Shown: positions 41,050 through 52,677, numbered from the stretch's first letter. The stretch: DNA of 64,000 nt from an uncultured Armatimonadetes bacterium (GCA_963716175.1 OY970296.1:1056001-1120000); one strand, 5' to 3'. The notes: a model not told the origin generated them from the sequence alone. Numbers and translations are program-made.

Positions 41050-41814
41050 GCCTCGCCTCCTTGACAGGGTGGCACATCTCGACTTCAGTTGCGACGCGTC
41101 GTGAACCACAACGCGCGAGGACGCGCTCCGAGGCAGGAAGACGCGCCCTTGGTGAGTACATCACTGCGGCTGCCCCATCACCTCCTTTCACTCGCGACGG
41201 GATCGCGAGCTGTATGGTCAGCACCCTCCGGCCCGTTGCCTGAGGGTTGGACCGAGTCCGACGGACTACTTCGTCCTTGCTGCCGTGAAGTTATCAGACC
41301 GGATGATAGATGAAGTGAGTTCTGCCCTGCTCTTCACTGGCTGCGCCGACGCTGGTCCTTTGACCCGATCCCTTTCCCCGGCCGACTAAGGCCCTTGCTG
41401 TCCATACCTCAGAGGAGAAACTGCCTTTGGGGCGAGAAAACGAGGAACTGGTCCCGAGTGCCTGTTGCGATACCGACAACTCGCCCGCCGTTGCAGGATG
41501 CCGTCAATGGCCCGCCGCCCTAGGTCACCTCCCAGCTCGATCTGGTATCACAGGCATAAGAGTCTAGCACAGCCGTCCCCCCTGCGTCAAGACCCCGCCA
41601 CCCTTATTTCACAGTTCCTTCACGGACCGGCCTGCGACTCCCTGCAGGGCGGCGTGGGCACGCCCGCCCCGTGGGAGCCCGGTCCTCCGGGCGATCACAG
41701 CGGACCTCCTCCTCTCGGGATCGCCTCGAGGACGAGGCTCCCACATGCCTCCGGCGCCAAAGGGTTCACCCCCTGTTCTATGGAACCTGGTAACTGCCCC
41801 TGTGGGGCCTCATC

Positions 41815-43218
41815 ATGAAGCTGATCTGGCGCCACCGAAAAGCGCTTACCATTGGCTTGGGCCTGGGCCTGATGGTGGCCTTCATCGCCTGGGTGGTTTA
41901 CCTTGACGGAGGCACCCAGGGCAGCTTCATCCACTTCTTCTACATCCCCATCGTGCTCGCCAGCTACCTGCTGGGTGACCTGGGCGGCATCGTCACCGCG
42001 TTCGCGGCTGCCCTGCTCGCCGCCTTCCTGCCGCTGAACGTGATCGAGAACACTCCTCAGCCCCTCAAGGACATCGTGATCCGCGGCATACTCTTCTACT
42101 TCATCGGGCTGCTCACCGCTCACCTCTTCGCCAAGCTCCAGGAACGCCAGGAGGACGCCGCCAGCCTGCTGGAGGTCTCCCGCGCGGTGAACGCCTCTCT
42201 CCGCCCCACCCAGGTGCTGCGCACCATTACCGAGACCGCAGTCCATATCACCGCCGCCAAGGCCTGCTCCATCCGGCTGCTGAGCCGGGCGAGAGACGAA
42301 CTCACCCCGGCCGCCAGCTATGGGCTCAGCCTCGATTACCTGGCCAAAGGCCCGCTGCGGATGGCCGAGAGCGCGCTGGATCGGGAGGTGCTGGCCGGCC
42401 GCACCATCAGCGTCCTGGACATCCGCCGGGACCCGCGCGTTCGCTACCGGGAGGAGGCCAGCGCCGAGGGCCTGGTGTCCGTGCTGTGCCTGCCCCTGCG
42501 GCGCGGGGAAGAGGTGTTCGGTGTGCTGCGGGTCTACTCCGGGGCCCGCCACCTCTGGTCGCCCCGCGAGCGCAAGTTGCTGCAGGCCTTCGCCGAGCAG
42601 GCCACCGTGGCTCTGGATCACGCCAAGCTGCACGAGGACCTGCGGCGCAACTACTGGGAGACGGTCAACGCCCTTTCCCGCGCCATCGAGGCCAAAGACC
42701 CCTACACCATGGGGCACTCCGAGCGGGTCACCGACTACGCGCTGATACTGGGCCGGGCGCTGGAGTTGAGCGGCGAGCAGATGGAGACCCTGCGCTTCGC
42801 CGCCACTCTCCACGACATCGGCAAGATCGGCCTCACTGACGAATCCCTGGCGCGGTCCGGCCACCTGGACATGAGCGACGAAATCCTGGTCAGGATGCAT
42901 CCCCTCATTGGCATCAGCATCCTCCAGCCCGTCGAGTTCCTGGCCCCCGCCCTCAATGCCGTCCGCTATCACCATGAGCGCTGGGATGGAAGAGGCTATC
43001 CGGAAGGGCTGGCGGGTGAAGATATCCCCCTCCTCGCCCGGGTGATAGCCGTGGCTAACCTCTACGACCGCCTCCAGACCGGCTCCCCGGGCCGGCCCGG
43101 CTACTCCCCGCGGGAGGCCGCGAGGGAGCTGGCACGCCTCGCCGGCACCGCCCTCGACCCCAAGCTCATCGAAGTCTTCCTGCGCGCGGTCGGAGCCGGT
43201 GCTCCCCAGGCGCGCTGA
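41815..43218 (+). CDS. Membrane sensor + GAF + HD-GYP domain protein
   Basis: 4 TM helices; GAF; AIEAKDPYTMGHSERV, LHDIGK, HHERWDGRGYP. Confidence 0.92.
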   Translation: MKLIWRHRKALTIGLGLGLMVAFIAWVVYLDGGTQGSFIHFFYIPIVLASYLLGDLGGIVTAFAAALLAAFLPLNVIENTPQPLKDIVIRGILFYFIGLLTAHLFAKLQERQEDAASLLEVSRAVNASLRPTQVLRTITETAVHITAAKACSIRLLSRARDELTPAASYGLSLDYLAKGPLRMAESALDREVLAGRTISVLDIRRDPRVRYREEASAEGLVSVLCLPLRRGEEVFGVLRVYSGARHLWSPRERKLLQAFAEQATVALDHAKLHEDLRRNYWETVNALSRAIEAKDPYTMGHSERVTDYALILGRALELSGEQMETLRFAATLHDIGKIGLTDESLARSGHLDMSDEILVRMHPLIGISILQPVEFLAPALNAVRYHHERWDGRGYPEGLAGEDIPLLARVIAVANLYDRLQTGSPGRPGYSPREAARELARLAGTALDPKLIEVFLRAVGAGAPQAR

Positions 43219-43230
43219 ACCACGGCCGCC

Positions 43231-43494
43231 TTACTCCGGTTTGGCCTCCCCTTTTGCGTCGCCGGCACTGGTGGCGGCTGCTGCCGCTTCCTCCCCCGCC
43301 CGCTTCTTCTCCTCCGGCTTCCGATAGTCCGTGCTGTAGAAACCCGACCCCTTGAAGATGATCCCTACCGCCCCGAACACTTTCCTCGCCCGTTCCCCGC
43401 ACTTCGGGCAATGGGCCAGCGACCGGTCGGTCATTTTTCGCGACTCCTCAAAACGATGCTTGCAGCCTGTACAGGCGTACTCGTAGACTGGCAT
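43231..43494 (-). CDS. FmdB family zinc-ribbon protein
   Basis: MPVYEYACTGC..CPKCG..FKGSGFYSTDY. Confidence 0.92.
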   Translation of the reverse strand: MPVYEYACTGCKHRFEESRKMTDRSLAHCPKCGERARKVFGAVGIIFKGSGFYSTDYRKPEEKKRAGEEAAAAATSAGDAKGEAKPE

Positions 43495-43519
43495 GACGCT
43501 CTCCCCGCTTGCGGCGGGT

Positions 43520-44527
43520 CTAGACCTCCTTTATGGTAAGTCCTTGCCGCGCGATCTTGAACGGCATCACGGTTGCCCCCGCCTCCGCCAGCGCCGACTC
43601 CACTGCGGCTCGCTTCTCCCGAGGCGCCGCTGTGATCATGCACCCGCCACCCCCGGCCCCGCAGATCTTGGAGGCCTGCGCCCCGGCCTCTCTCGCCAGC
43701 TCAACCATGCGGTCTATCGCCGGGGTAGTCACCCCTTCCGTCAGCTGCTTGCGGGACTGCCACTCTTCGTCCAGCAGTTGCACGAAGCGATCCAGTTCGA
43801 AGGCCAGCAGCGCCTCCCGCATCTCCGCCGCCGTCCTCTGGACGATCCGCATGCTCTCGCGGGAGTTGCCCGTGTCATCCATGAAACGCTTCAGCATGTT
43901 CCAGTTGTTGGTGGCCGAGAAATGCGACCGGCCCGTGAAGCTGAGGATGATCCGCGACTCCAGCTCCAGAAGCTGCTGCTCCTCCTCGATCAACTGCTCC
44001 TGATGCCATCCCGCGACATGGAAATGGAAGCTGTTCACTCCCCCGTAAAGGGCGGCCAGATAGTCCTGCTTTCCGGTGGGAATCCCGATAGACTGGGCTT
44101 CCAGATTCGCCCCGATATCCACGAATAGCTTCGGGTCCATCTGCGACCGGTTCGCCCGATCCAGCGCCCCACTCAAGGCGATCAGCAGGGAGGAAGAGCC
44201 TCCCAGGCCGGAGCCGTAAGGAGTGGCATTGTGCGTGGTGACATCCACCCCGGTCTTCGGGGCATAGAACCTCACCACCCGCGCCACGAAGGCCAGCTCC
44301 TTGTCCAGCGGCAGCTCGTCCGCCGAGGGCGCCCACAGCTCCTGGCCGGTGTCAATGGACTTGAGGCGGACCTGGGAGTCGTGCCGGGTCTCGACACGGA
44401 CGTTGCTGTAGATATCAATGGCGGCGTTATTGGTGACCCCGCCCTCCAGGAAAAGGTAGAGCGGGTACAGGTCCAGCGTGCCCCCCGAGAGGTCTATCCG
44501 GGTGGGCGTCCTCGCCTCGACTACCAT
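43520..44527 (-). CDS. GHMP sugar kinase, HddA-like (heptose-7-phosphate 1-kinase family)
   Basis: PTRIDLSGGTLD, PYGSGLGGSS, GKQDY, KICGAGGGG. Confidence 0.85.
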   Translation of the reverse strand: MVVEARTPTRIDLSGGTLDLYPLYLFLEGGVTNNAAIDIYSNVRVETRHDSQVRLKSIDTGQELWAPSADELPLDKELAFVARVVRFYAPKTGVDVTTHNATPYGSGLGGSSSLLIALSGALDRANRSQMDPKLFVDIGANLEAQSIGIPTGKQDYLAALYGGVNSFHFHVAGWHQEQLIEEEQQLLELESRIILSFTGRSHFSATNNWNMLKRFMDDTGNSRESMRIVQRTAAEMREALLAFELDRFVQLLDEEWQSRKQLTEGVTTPAIDRMVELAREAGAQASKICGAGGGGCMITAAPREKRAAVESALAEAGATVMPFKIARQGLTIKEV

Positions 44528-44855
44528 CAGCTCGTCCCTTGCTTGAAAGACGGAGTCCGCCAAACCCTGCCAAGCTTCGTGCCGGCGAACCTGGCGGGGG
44601 CGGACGCCTGGACAGAGTATAGCCTTCCTCCTGTGCCTGCGTCAAGCTCATCCCGCATGCGGCCTTGACCCCTGCGCGGCCCAACTGGGCCGCGTTTAGC
44701 TAGAGCATACTCCTCTATGGGCCCCCTCCTGGTGCCCACCGATCACCTGCACCGGGCTGGCGGAGGTCCCGGAGGACATCCACCAGTCTCCTGAGGCCTC
44801 GGCAAGGGGAATATGAGATTAGCGAATGCTAGAATAGGAAATCTTCAAATTGCCC

Positions 44856-44884
44856 TTGACATCTGCTCTGTTTCCTGCTACTTT
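44856..44884 (+). promoter_or_regulatory. Sigma70-type promoter
   Basis: TTGACA-17-TACTTT with TG extension. Confidence 0.6.
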
Positions 44885-44906
44885 ACTCACTGAGAGATGG
44901 ATTATT

Positions 44907-45299
44907 ATGCATGAACGCATCACTCGCTGTCCCAACTGCCGACAGCCTCTCCAGGTCACCGAGCTGACCTGCCCAAGCTGTCGGCTCCAGGTCCGAGGCG
45001 AGTTCGAGCGCGGCTGCCGTTTCTGCGCCCTCGACCCGGACCAGCGCCATCTGCTCGACGTGTTCCTGGGCTGCCGGGGCGTCTTGCGTGAGATGGAGAA
45101 GGTCCTCGGTCTGTCCTACCCTACGGTTCGCAGCCGTGTAGACGCGCTGCTTGCCGCCCTGGGCTACGCGCCCATCAGAGCCGAGGCTGAGGGCAGAGAG
45201 GATCAGGCCTCGCGCCGCCAGGACATCCTCGACCGCCTGGAGGCCGGCGAGGTAACCGCCGAGGATGCTGCCATACAACTCAAGGAGCTCGGGGGCTAG
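44907..45299 (+). CDS. DUF2089 family protein (Zn ribbon + HTH + SHOCT-like)
   Basis: CPNC..CPSC; EMEKVLGLSYPTVRSR; ILDRLEAGEVTAEDA. Confidence 0.9.
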   Translation: MHERITRCPNCRQPLQVTELTCPSCRLQVRGEFERGCRFCALDPDQRHLLDVFLGCRGVLREMEKVLGLSYPTVRSRVDALLAALGYAPIRAEAEGREDQASRRQDILDRLEAGEVTAEDAAIQLKELGG

Positions 45300-45350
45300 C
45301 CAGCCCCCGGCCAGCATGGGTCTGGCCAAGGAGCCCAACGGAGGCAAAGC

Positions 45351-46964
45351 ATGGATGCCGAGCGCATGAGGATTCTGGAGATGCTGCAGCAGGGCCGGAT
45401 CACGGCCGAGCAGGCCAACCGGCTGCTGCAGGCCGTGGAGGCGAGCCACCGCACCGAGCCCCCGACCGGCCAGGGATCGGGGCAGGAGCCGGCGGCCGCC
45501 TCGGCCGCAGACTGGAGAGGCTTCGGCCGAGAGCTGTCCGAGCGCATTTCCGGCCGGGTGAGGGAGGCTCTCAGCAAGCGGATCGTGGGCCGCACCCTCA
45601 CCGATCTGCGGGTGGGAGGCAAGGGGGAGATGCAGAACTTCACCCGCGTCAGGATCACCCGCAGTTACCTTTCCCGCCTCGAGGACGGCACTGTCTTCCA
45701 CAACTTCGGAGAGGCCGTGATCGCCGACGATGTCCCCGAGGACCTGCTCCACCGCAAGATCGGCGCCTACCACAACTTCGGCCGCACCGTCGGCCCTGCC
45801 CCCCTCCTGCGTCTGCTGGAGGATCGCGGCTCGAACTTCGGCTCCTTCGAGCAGCCCGGCGAGGAGGCCGAAGAGGAGCACGATGAGGAATCGGCCGAGG
45901 AGGCAACTGCCGCCGCCGCGCCTGCGCGACAGATGCACGAAGCCGTCTTGGCCTCGGAGACCACCGAGGACGGATGGGAGAAGCTGGTTGTCCGGTGTCA
46001 CGCCGGGCACCTCGACTTCCGAGGCGTCGAGGGCGACGCCTTCCGCCTGGTCGCATGCAGGCCCGGTAAGCGCGGCCAAAGCCCACCCCCCGGCTGGGAG
46101 CAGAAGCTCCCCTGGTCGCAGGAGCAGCAGCATTCGGAGCGCTGCTTCGTCTTGGGCGACCCGCATGACCCGTCGGCCACCGCCGATCTCACCTTCCGGT
46201 TCGAGATCCCGGCCGAAGCCGCCATCACCGCCGAGACTGGGGGCGGCGACATTGCCGCGCACTCCCTGGCCGGTGAGCTCGACCTGAGAACTGGCGGCGG
46301 GCAGATCTCCTGCACGGACATCGAAGGCGATGTCAAGGTGGATAGTGGCGGCGGCGACCTCTCACTCGCCGACATCCAGGGGACGGTCAAGGCGACGACT
46401 GGTGGCGGCAGCATCTCCTGCCGCGACCTGGAAGGAGACGTCACCGCCGAGTCGGGTGGCGGCAACCTCGCGTTCCGCGACATCCAGGGCGCGGTCGCGG
46501 GCACCACCGGCGGGGGACAGATCGAGGTCGGAGACGTCGAGGGCGACGTGACTGTGGAAACCGGCGGCGGCGACCTGGCGCTCAGCGACATCCAGGGCTC
46601 GGTCCGCGGCAAGACTGGTGGGGGCAGCATCCGCGCCACCGACCTGGCAGAGGATGTCGAACTGGAGACGGGTGGCGGAGACATCAGCTGCAGCGACATC
46701 GCAGGCTCGCTTTCCGCCAATACCGGCAGCGGAAAGGTGCGCGTCGCTGACATCGCGGGTGATGTTGCCATAGAGAACGGCGGAGGCGACATCGTGTGCA
46801 GCGATGTTGCCGGCTCGGTCAATGCGACCACCGGCAGCGGCGACATCAAGGTCAGCGATATCGCGGGCGACGCCGAGCTGGAGACCGGCTCAGGCGATAT
46901 CGCCATGAGGGATGTCCAGGGGGAGGCCAATGCCACCACCAGACACGGCCGGGTGACGAGGTGA
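45351..46964 (+). CDS. SHOCT-like + DUF4097 beta-strand repeat protein (YvlB/LiaX-like)
   Basis: ERMRILEMLQQGRITAEQA; tandem 19-aa TGGGDI..DIxGDV repeats. Confidence 0.88.
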   Translation: MDAERMRILEMLQQGRITAEQANRLLQAVEASHRTEPPTGQGSGQEPAAASAADWRGFGRELSERISGRVREALSKRIVGRTLTDLRVGGKGEMQNFTRVRITRSYLSRLEDGTVFHNFGEAVIADDVPEDLLHRKIGAYHNFGRTVGPAPLLRLLEDRGSNFGSFEQPGEEAEEEHDEESAEEATAAAAPARQMHEAVLASETTEDGWEKLVVRCHAGHLDFRGVEGDAFRLVACRPGKRGQSPPPGWEQKLPWSQEQQHSERCFVLGDPHDPSATADLTFRFEIPAEAAITAETGGGDIAAHSLAGELDLRTGGGQISCTDIEGDVKVDSGGGDLSLADIQGTVKATTGGGSISCRDLEGDVTAESGGGNLAFRDIQGAVAGTTGGGQIEVGDVEGDVTVETGGGDLALSDIQGSVRGKTGGGSIRATDLAEDVELETGGGDISCSDIAGSLSANTGSGKVRVADIAGDVAIENGGGDIVCSDVAGSVNATTGSGDIKVSDIAGDAELETGSGDIAMRDVQGEANATTRHGRVTR

Positions 46965-47065
46965 CCGCGATGCGACGCCATTGGCCCTGGAGGCGAAAGG
47001 AACGTGACACCGCGGCGCGCCCCACGGCGGGCGCGCGTGATCCCGCAACCGAGGAGGAGCCCACT

Positions 47066-47503
47066 ATGACTGATGAGCCCAAGGAGCCGAGAGAGCCTAA
47101 GGAACCCAAGGAGCCTCAGGAGCCCAGAGACCAGGCCGAGCAGCCGGAGAGCGAGCAAATGCGCATCCTGCGCCTGATCCAGGAGGGCAAGGTCACACCG
47201 GAAGAGGGCGTCAGGCTGCTGGAGGCCCTGGGCCGCGCGGCAGGCGCGGTCGCGGCGCGGGCAAGGCCGACCCGGAAGAGGTGGCTCCGTATCCACGTTG
47301 CCGAGCGCGGCGGAGACCAGGTAAACCTGCGCCTCCCACTCGGCCTCGTCCATCTGGTGACCAGATTCCTGCCCAGAGGCCTCACGGTGGGCGACCAGAG
47401 GTTCTCCATTGAGGAGCTCACCACCCTGATCGAGAGCGGAGAGGAAGAGATCGTTAACGTGGCCAGCAAGAACGGCGACCGGGTCGTGATCCGGGTGGAG
47501 TAA
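47066..47503 (+). CDS. SHOCT-like domain protein with EPK/EPR repeats
   Basis: EQMRILRLIQEGKVTPEEGVRLLEAL; VNLRLPL; GAGGAGG RBS. Confidence 0.82.
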   Translation: MTDEPKEPREPKEPKEPQEPRDQAEQPESEQMRILRLIQEGKVTPEEGVRLLEALGRAAGAVAARARPTRKRWLRIHVAERGGDQVNLRLPLGLVHLVTRFLPRGLTVGDQRFSIEELTTLIESGEEEIVNVASKNGDRVVIRVE

Positions 47504-47631
47504 CCCACCGGACGGGAAGGGGCTTCGCCCCTTACGCGGGTGTCCTCTCGCTTCGTTCGTGGCAAACCCACGCCACTGCTAGGCCGGCCGTTCTCGAGGC
47601 AGACGAACGGCGGTTAGCGCCCAAATGCTTC

Positions 47632-47667
47632 TCCTTCTGGCGGGCATCGTGATGCCCGCCAGAAGGA
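47632..47667. terminator. 17-bp perfect inverted repeat after the DUF4097 operon
   Basis: TCCTTCTGGCGGGCATC-GT-GATGCCCGCCAGAAGGA. Confidence 0.55.
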
Positions 47668-47755
47668 TTCTTGCTCTCATCTCTCTTCATCTGCGTCCAT
47701 CGGCGGCCAAAGGCCTGCTCGCCACGAGTAGACTCCTGCCAGCATCACGATCTGC

Positions 47756-47845
47756 TTGACACGCTTCCTCCGGCCATGCTATCATAAATGGGCCGGTGAA
47801 AGCCGCCCGCTAGTCCTCAGGACCTGAGCGGGCGTTCGCTTTTTG
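47756..47845 (+). promoter_or_regulatory. Sigma70 promoter followed by a terminator-like leader
   Basis: TTGACA-18-TATCAT with TG; stem CGCCCGCT/AGCGGGCG then TTCGCTTTTT. Confidence 0.55.
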
Positions 47846-47865
47846 TTGACCCGCCCCACCAATTG

Positions 47866-48729
47866 ATGAGCACGGACCCAGCGCGCATAAGAGTAATCAT
47901 CCTCGACCTCGACGGAGTCATTTATCGCGGCCATACGCCCCTCCCCGGCGCTCAGCAAACTACCGAATGGCTCCGCCGGCACGGCTACCTCACCTACTTC
48001 TTCACCAACAACTCCACCCGCACCCGGGAAAGCTATATCGAGCTGCTGGCCGGCTTCGGCATTCCCGCCGACCGCGAGCAGATCGTCACCTCCGCCTCCC
48101 TCACCGTTCGCTACTTCCACGATCTCGGACTGCTGAGTGAGCCCAAGCGCCGGCCCACCGTGCTCGTGGTAGGAGAGGGCGGGCTCGCCTCCGAGCTGCG
48201 CCAGGCCGGGTTGAGGGTCGTGCGCAGGCCCAGGGCCAGGCCCATTGACTATGTGGTGGTGGGAATGGATCGGCGCTTCACCTACCGCAAGCTCTATGAA
48301 GCGCAGCAAGTCGTGCGCGCCGGGGCCAGGCTCATCGCCACCAATCGCGACGCCACCTACCCGGTGGAGAATGGCAACGTCATCCCCGGGGGGGGCAGCA
48401 TCGTGGCGGCCGTCGCCACTGCTGCCGAGCAAGAGCCCCTGCTGATTGGCAAGCCCTCGGCGCGGGCCGGAGAGCTCATCTTGAGCCACGCCGGCGCCCG
48501 GCCCCAGGAAGCGCTGATGGTAGGAGATCGGCTGGAGACCGATATCGAGATGGGCCGCCGGGCCGGGATGTGGACCTGCCTGGTGCTGACCGGGATCAGC
48601 CAGGCCGATGAGGTGAAGCCACTGCCGCTAGAGAGCCGGCCCCACTGGGTGATCCCCGACATCGGCCACTTGCCAGCAATGTTGGGCAGGAGCTTGCCTC
48701 CTGCCCCAAAGGAGCCAGGCGCCTCATGA
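47866..48729 (+). CDS. HAD-IIA family hydrolase (NagD-like)
   Basis: DLDGVIY, FTNNS, IGKPS, MVGDRLETDI. Confidence 0.93.
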   Translation: MSTDPARIRVIILDLDGVIYRGHTPLPGAQQTTEWLRRHGYLTYFFTNNSTRTRESYIELLAGFGIPADREQIVTSASLTVRYFHDLGLLSEPKRRPTVLVVGEGGLASELRQAGLRVVRRPRARPIDYVVVGMDRRFTYRKLYEAQQVVRAGARLIATNRDATYPVENGNVIPGGGSIVAAVATAAEQEPLLIGKPSARAGELILSHAGARPQEALMVGDRLETDIEMGRRAGMWTCLVLTGISQADEVKPLPLESRPHWVIPDIGHLPAMLGRSLPPAPKEPGAS

Positions 48730-49552
48730 GCCCCGCTCTCCCGGTCGCCCTGACCATCGCCGGCTCCGACTCCAGCGGCGGCGCCGGCATCGAGATGGAT
48801 CTGAAAGTCTTCTCCGCCCTCGGGGTCTACGGCGCCTGCGCCATCACCGCGGTCACGGCCCAGAATAGCAGAGAGGTACGCGCCTCCTGGGAGATTCCCG
48901 CGGCCGCAGTCACCGCTCAGCTCGAGGCCGTGCTGGACGACCTGCGGGTGGCAGCGGTGAAGACAGGGATGCTCTCCTCGGAAGAGATCGTGCGCGCGGT
49001 GACTGCGGCCTTCAGCGAGCACAGACTCAGCTATCCCACCCCTCCCCTGATCGTGGACCCCGTCATCAGCGCGAAAGATGGCACTCGCCTGCTATCTGAT
49101 GGTGGGCTTGCAGCCCTGCGGGAGGAACTGCTGCCCCTCGCCACGCTGGTCACACCTAACTTCCCGGAGGCCGCAGCCTTGTCCGGTTTGCGCGTCGCAG
49201 GTGAGGAGGAGGCCTGGCGGGCGGCGGAGAAGCTGCGAGCTTTGGGGTGTGAATGGGTGCTGGTCAAGGGCGGACATCTGGAAGGCCAGGCCGCCACCGA
49301 TCTCCTCCTGGGCCCGGGCCGGGCGGAGACCCTTTCCTCACCCCGGCTTCCCGGCGGCCCCTTCCACGGCACCGGCTGCGCGCTATCGGCGGCCATCACC
49401 GCTCACCTCGCGCGCGGCCTCTCCCTACCTGAGGCGGTGCAGGCCGGCCGCGCCTTTCTCCAGCAGTTACTGCAAACGGCCCAGTCCCTTGGGAAGGGCA
49501 GTCTCCTGCTTCATCCCAGCGCTGGGCCAGTCAAGCCAGAGGGAAAGCGATC

Positions 49553-49556
<4 letters not shown>
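48726..49556 (+). CDS. thiD: Hydroxymethylpyrimidine/phosphomethylpyrimidine kinase
   Basis: TIAGSDSSGGAGI, VKTGML, VDPV, TPN, KGGH, HGTGC. Confidence 0.95.
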
Positions 49557-51151
<1,595 letters not shown>

Positions 51152-51154
51152 CGG

Positions 51155-52567
51155 TTGCTGACACGCCTGGGGGTGCTAACCATGGGACTCATCCTTGCGG
51201 CGATCAGCGGGGGCGGCGCCGGACCGGCGAAGGGCCCGCTGCGAGTCTGCTCAGACAACCCTCGCTACTTCACCGATGGCTCCGGCAAGGCCATCTACCT
51301 CACCGGGGCCCATACCTGGAGCAACCTCAAGGACATGGGGCCCACCGATCCGCCGGCTGAGTTCGACTTCAATGCCTATCTGGACTTCCTGGTCCAGCGT
51401 CACCACAACTTCATCCGGCTCTGGACCTGGGAGCTGTCCCGCTATGGCGACGGGGAAACCGAAACCGCCCTTTACGCCTCACCTTTTCCCTGGCCCCGCA
51501 CCGGGCCAGGGCAGGCCCTCGATGGCAAGCCCAGGTTCGACCTGAGCCGCTTCGACCAGGCCTACTTCGATCGGCTGCGGTCCCGCGTCATGGCCGCCGG
51601 CGAGCGCGGGATCTATGTCTCCGTCATGCTCTTCGAGGGCTGGGGCCTTCAGTTCTGCACCCCGCCCTGGCACTGGCAAGGTCATCCCTTTCACCCAGAC
51701 AACAACATCAATGGCATTGACGGCGACCCCGATGGCGATGGCAAGGGGCTGCAGCTGGATACCCTCGACCTCCCCGCCATCACCCGCCTCCAGGAGGCCT
51801 ATGTCAGGAAGGCCGTGGACACGGTCAACGACCTCGACAACGTGCTCTACGAGATCTCCAACGAGGCCGGCCCCTACTCCACGGAATGGCAGTATCACAT
51901 CATCCAATCCGTCAAGCAGTACGAAGCGACGAAGCCGAAGCTGCACCCGGTGGGCATGACCTTCCAGTACCAGGGCGGAACCAACCAGGCGCTCTTCGAT
52001 AGCCCGGCCGATTGGATCTCGCCCAACCCGGAGGCGCCCGACGGGTGCAGCTATCAGGACAACCCGCCCCCGGCCGATGGCCGCAAGGTCATCCTCTCAG
52101 ACACCGACCATCTCTGGGGCATCGGCGGCAGCCAGGCCTGGGTGTGGAAGAGCTTCTGCCGGGGCCTCAACCCCCTGTTCATGGACCCCTACCTGCACGA
52201 TACCTTCTACCGGCACTACACGGGCAAGCTGGATCCCAAGTGGGACCCGATCCGCAACAGCCTGGGCTATGCTCGCCGCTTCGCGGAGCGCATGGGCTTG
52301 GCCAACACCAGGCCGGCCGGCGAGCTGGCCTCCACCGGCTACTGCCTCGCCCATCCGGGACAGCAGTACGTGGTCTACCTGCCGGAGGGCGGCTCTGTCA
52401 GTGTGGACCTATCAGCGACTTCTGGCCCCTTCATGGTCGAGTGGTTCAACCCCACGACCGGGGAGAGCACCCCCGGCCCACCGGTGGACGGAGGCCAGAA
52501 GCTCGCGTTCACCGCCCCGTTTGCTGAGGGCGCGATCCTTTACCTCAGTCGTCCTGAGGCGCAGTAG
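51155..52567 (+). CDS. Putative glycoside hydrolase (DUF6298/DUF4038-like) with C-terminal collagen-binding-type domain
   Basis: NPRYFTDGSG, FDQAYFDRL, VLYEISNE, SDTDH; YVVYLPEGG..EWFNP. Confidence 0.75.
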   Translation: MLTRLGVLTMGLILAAISGGGAGPAKGPLRVCSDNPRYFTDGSGKAIYLTGAHTWSNLKDMGPTDPPAEFDFNAYLDFLVQRHHNFIRLWTWELSRYGDGETETALYASPFPWPRTGPGQALDGKPRFDLSRFDQAYFDRLRSRVMAAGERGIYVSVMLFEGWGLQFCTPPWHWQGHPFHPDNNINGIDGDPDGDGKGLQLDTLDLPAITRLQEAYVRKAVDTVNDLDNVLYEISNEAGPYSTEWQYHIIQSVKQYEATKPKLHPVGMTFQYQGGTNQALFDSPADWISPNPEAPDGCSYQDNPPPADGRKVILSDTDHLWGIGGSQAWVWKSFCRGLNPLFMDPYLHDTFYRHYTGKLDPKWDPIRNSLGYARRFAERMGLANTRPAGELASTGYCLAHPGQQYVVYLPEGGSVSVDLSATSGPFMVEWFNPTTGESTPGPPVDGGQKLAFTAPFAEGAILYLSRPEAQ

Positions 52568-52677
52568 GACGGGCCTGCCCTGAGCGAGGCCGAAAGGGGT
52601 GACCTACGGGTGGTGTCGTGCGAAGCACGACCTAATCGGTGCAATCTGCGTGATCTGCGGATAACGCGGTTCCCTGG

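Noticed and set aside
41165-41189. 16S rRNA gene fragment
   Set aside because: Only ~21 nt of similarity to the 3' tail; better explained as an SD-like element on the opposite strand.
47500-47860. TPP riboswitch upstream of thiD
   Set aside because: No CTGAGA / CCTGA..GGGAA TPP aptamer core found.
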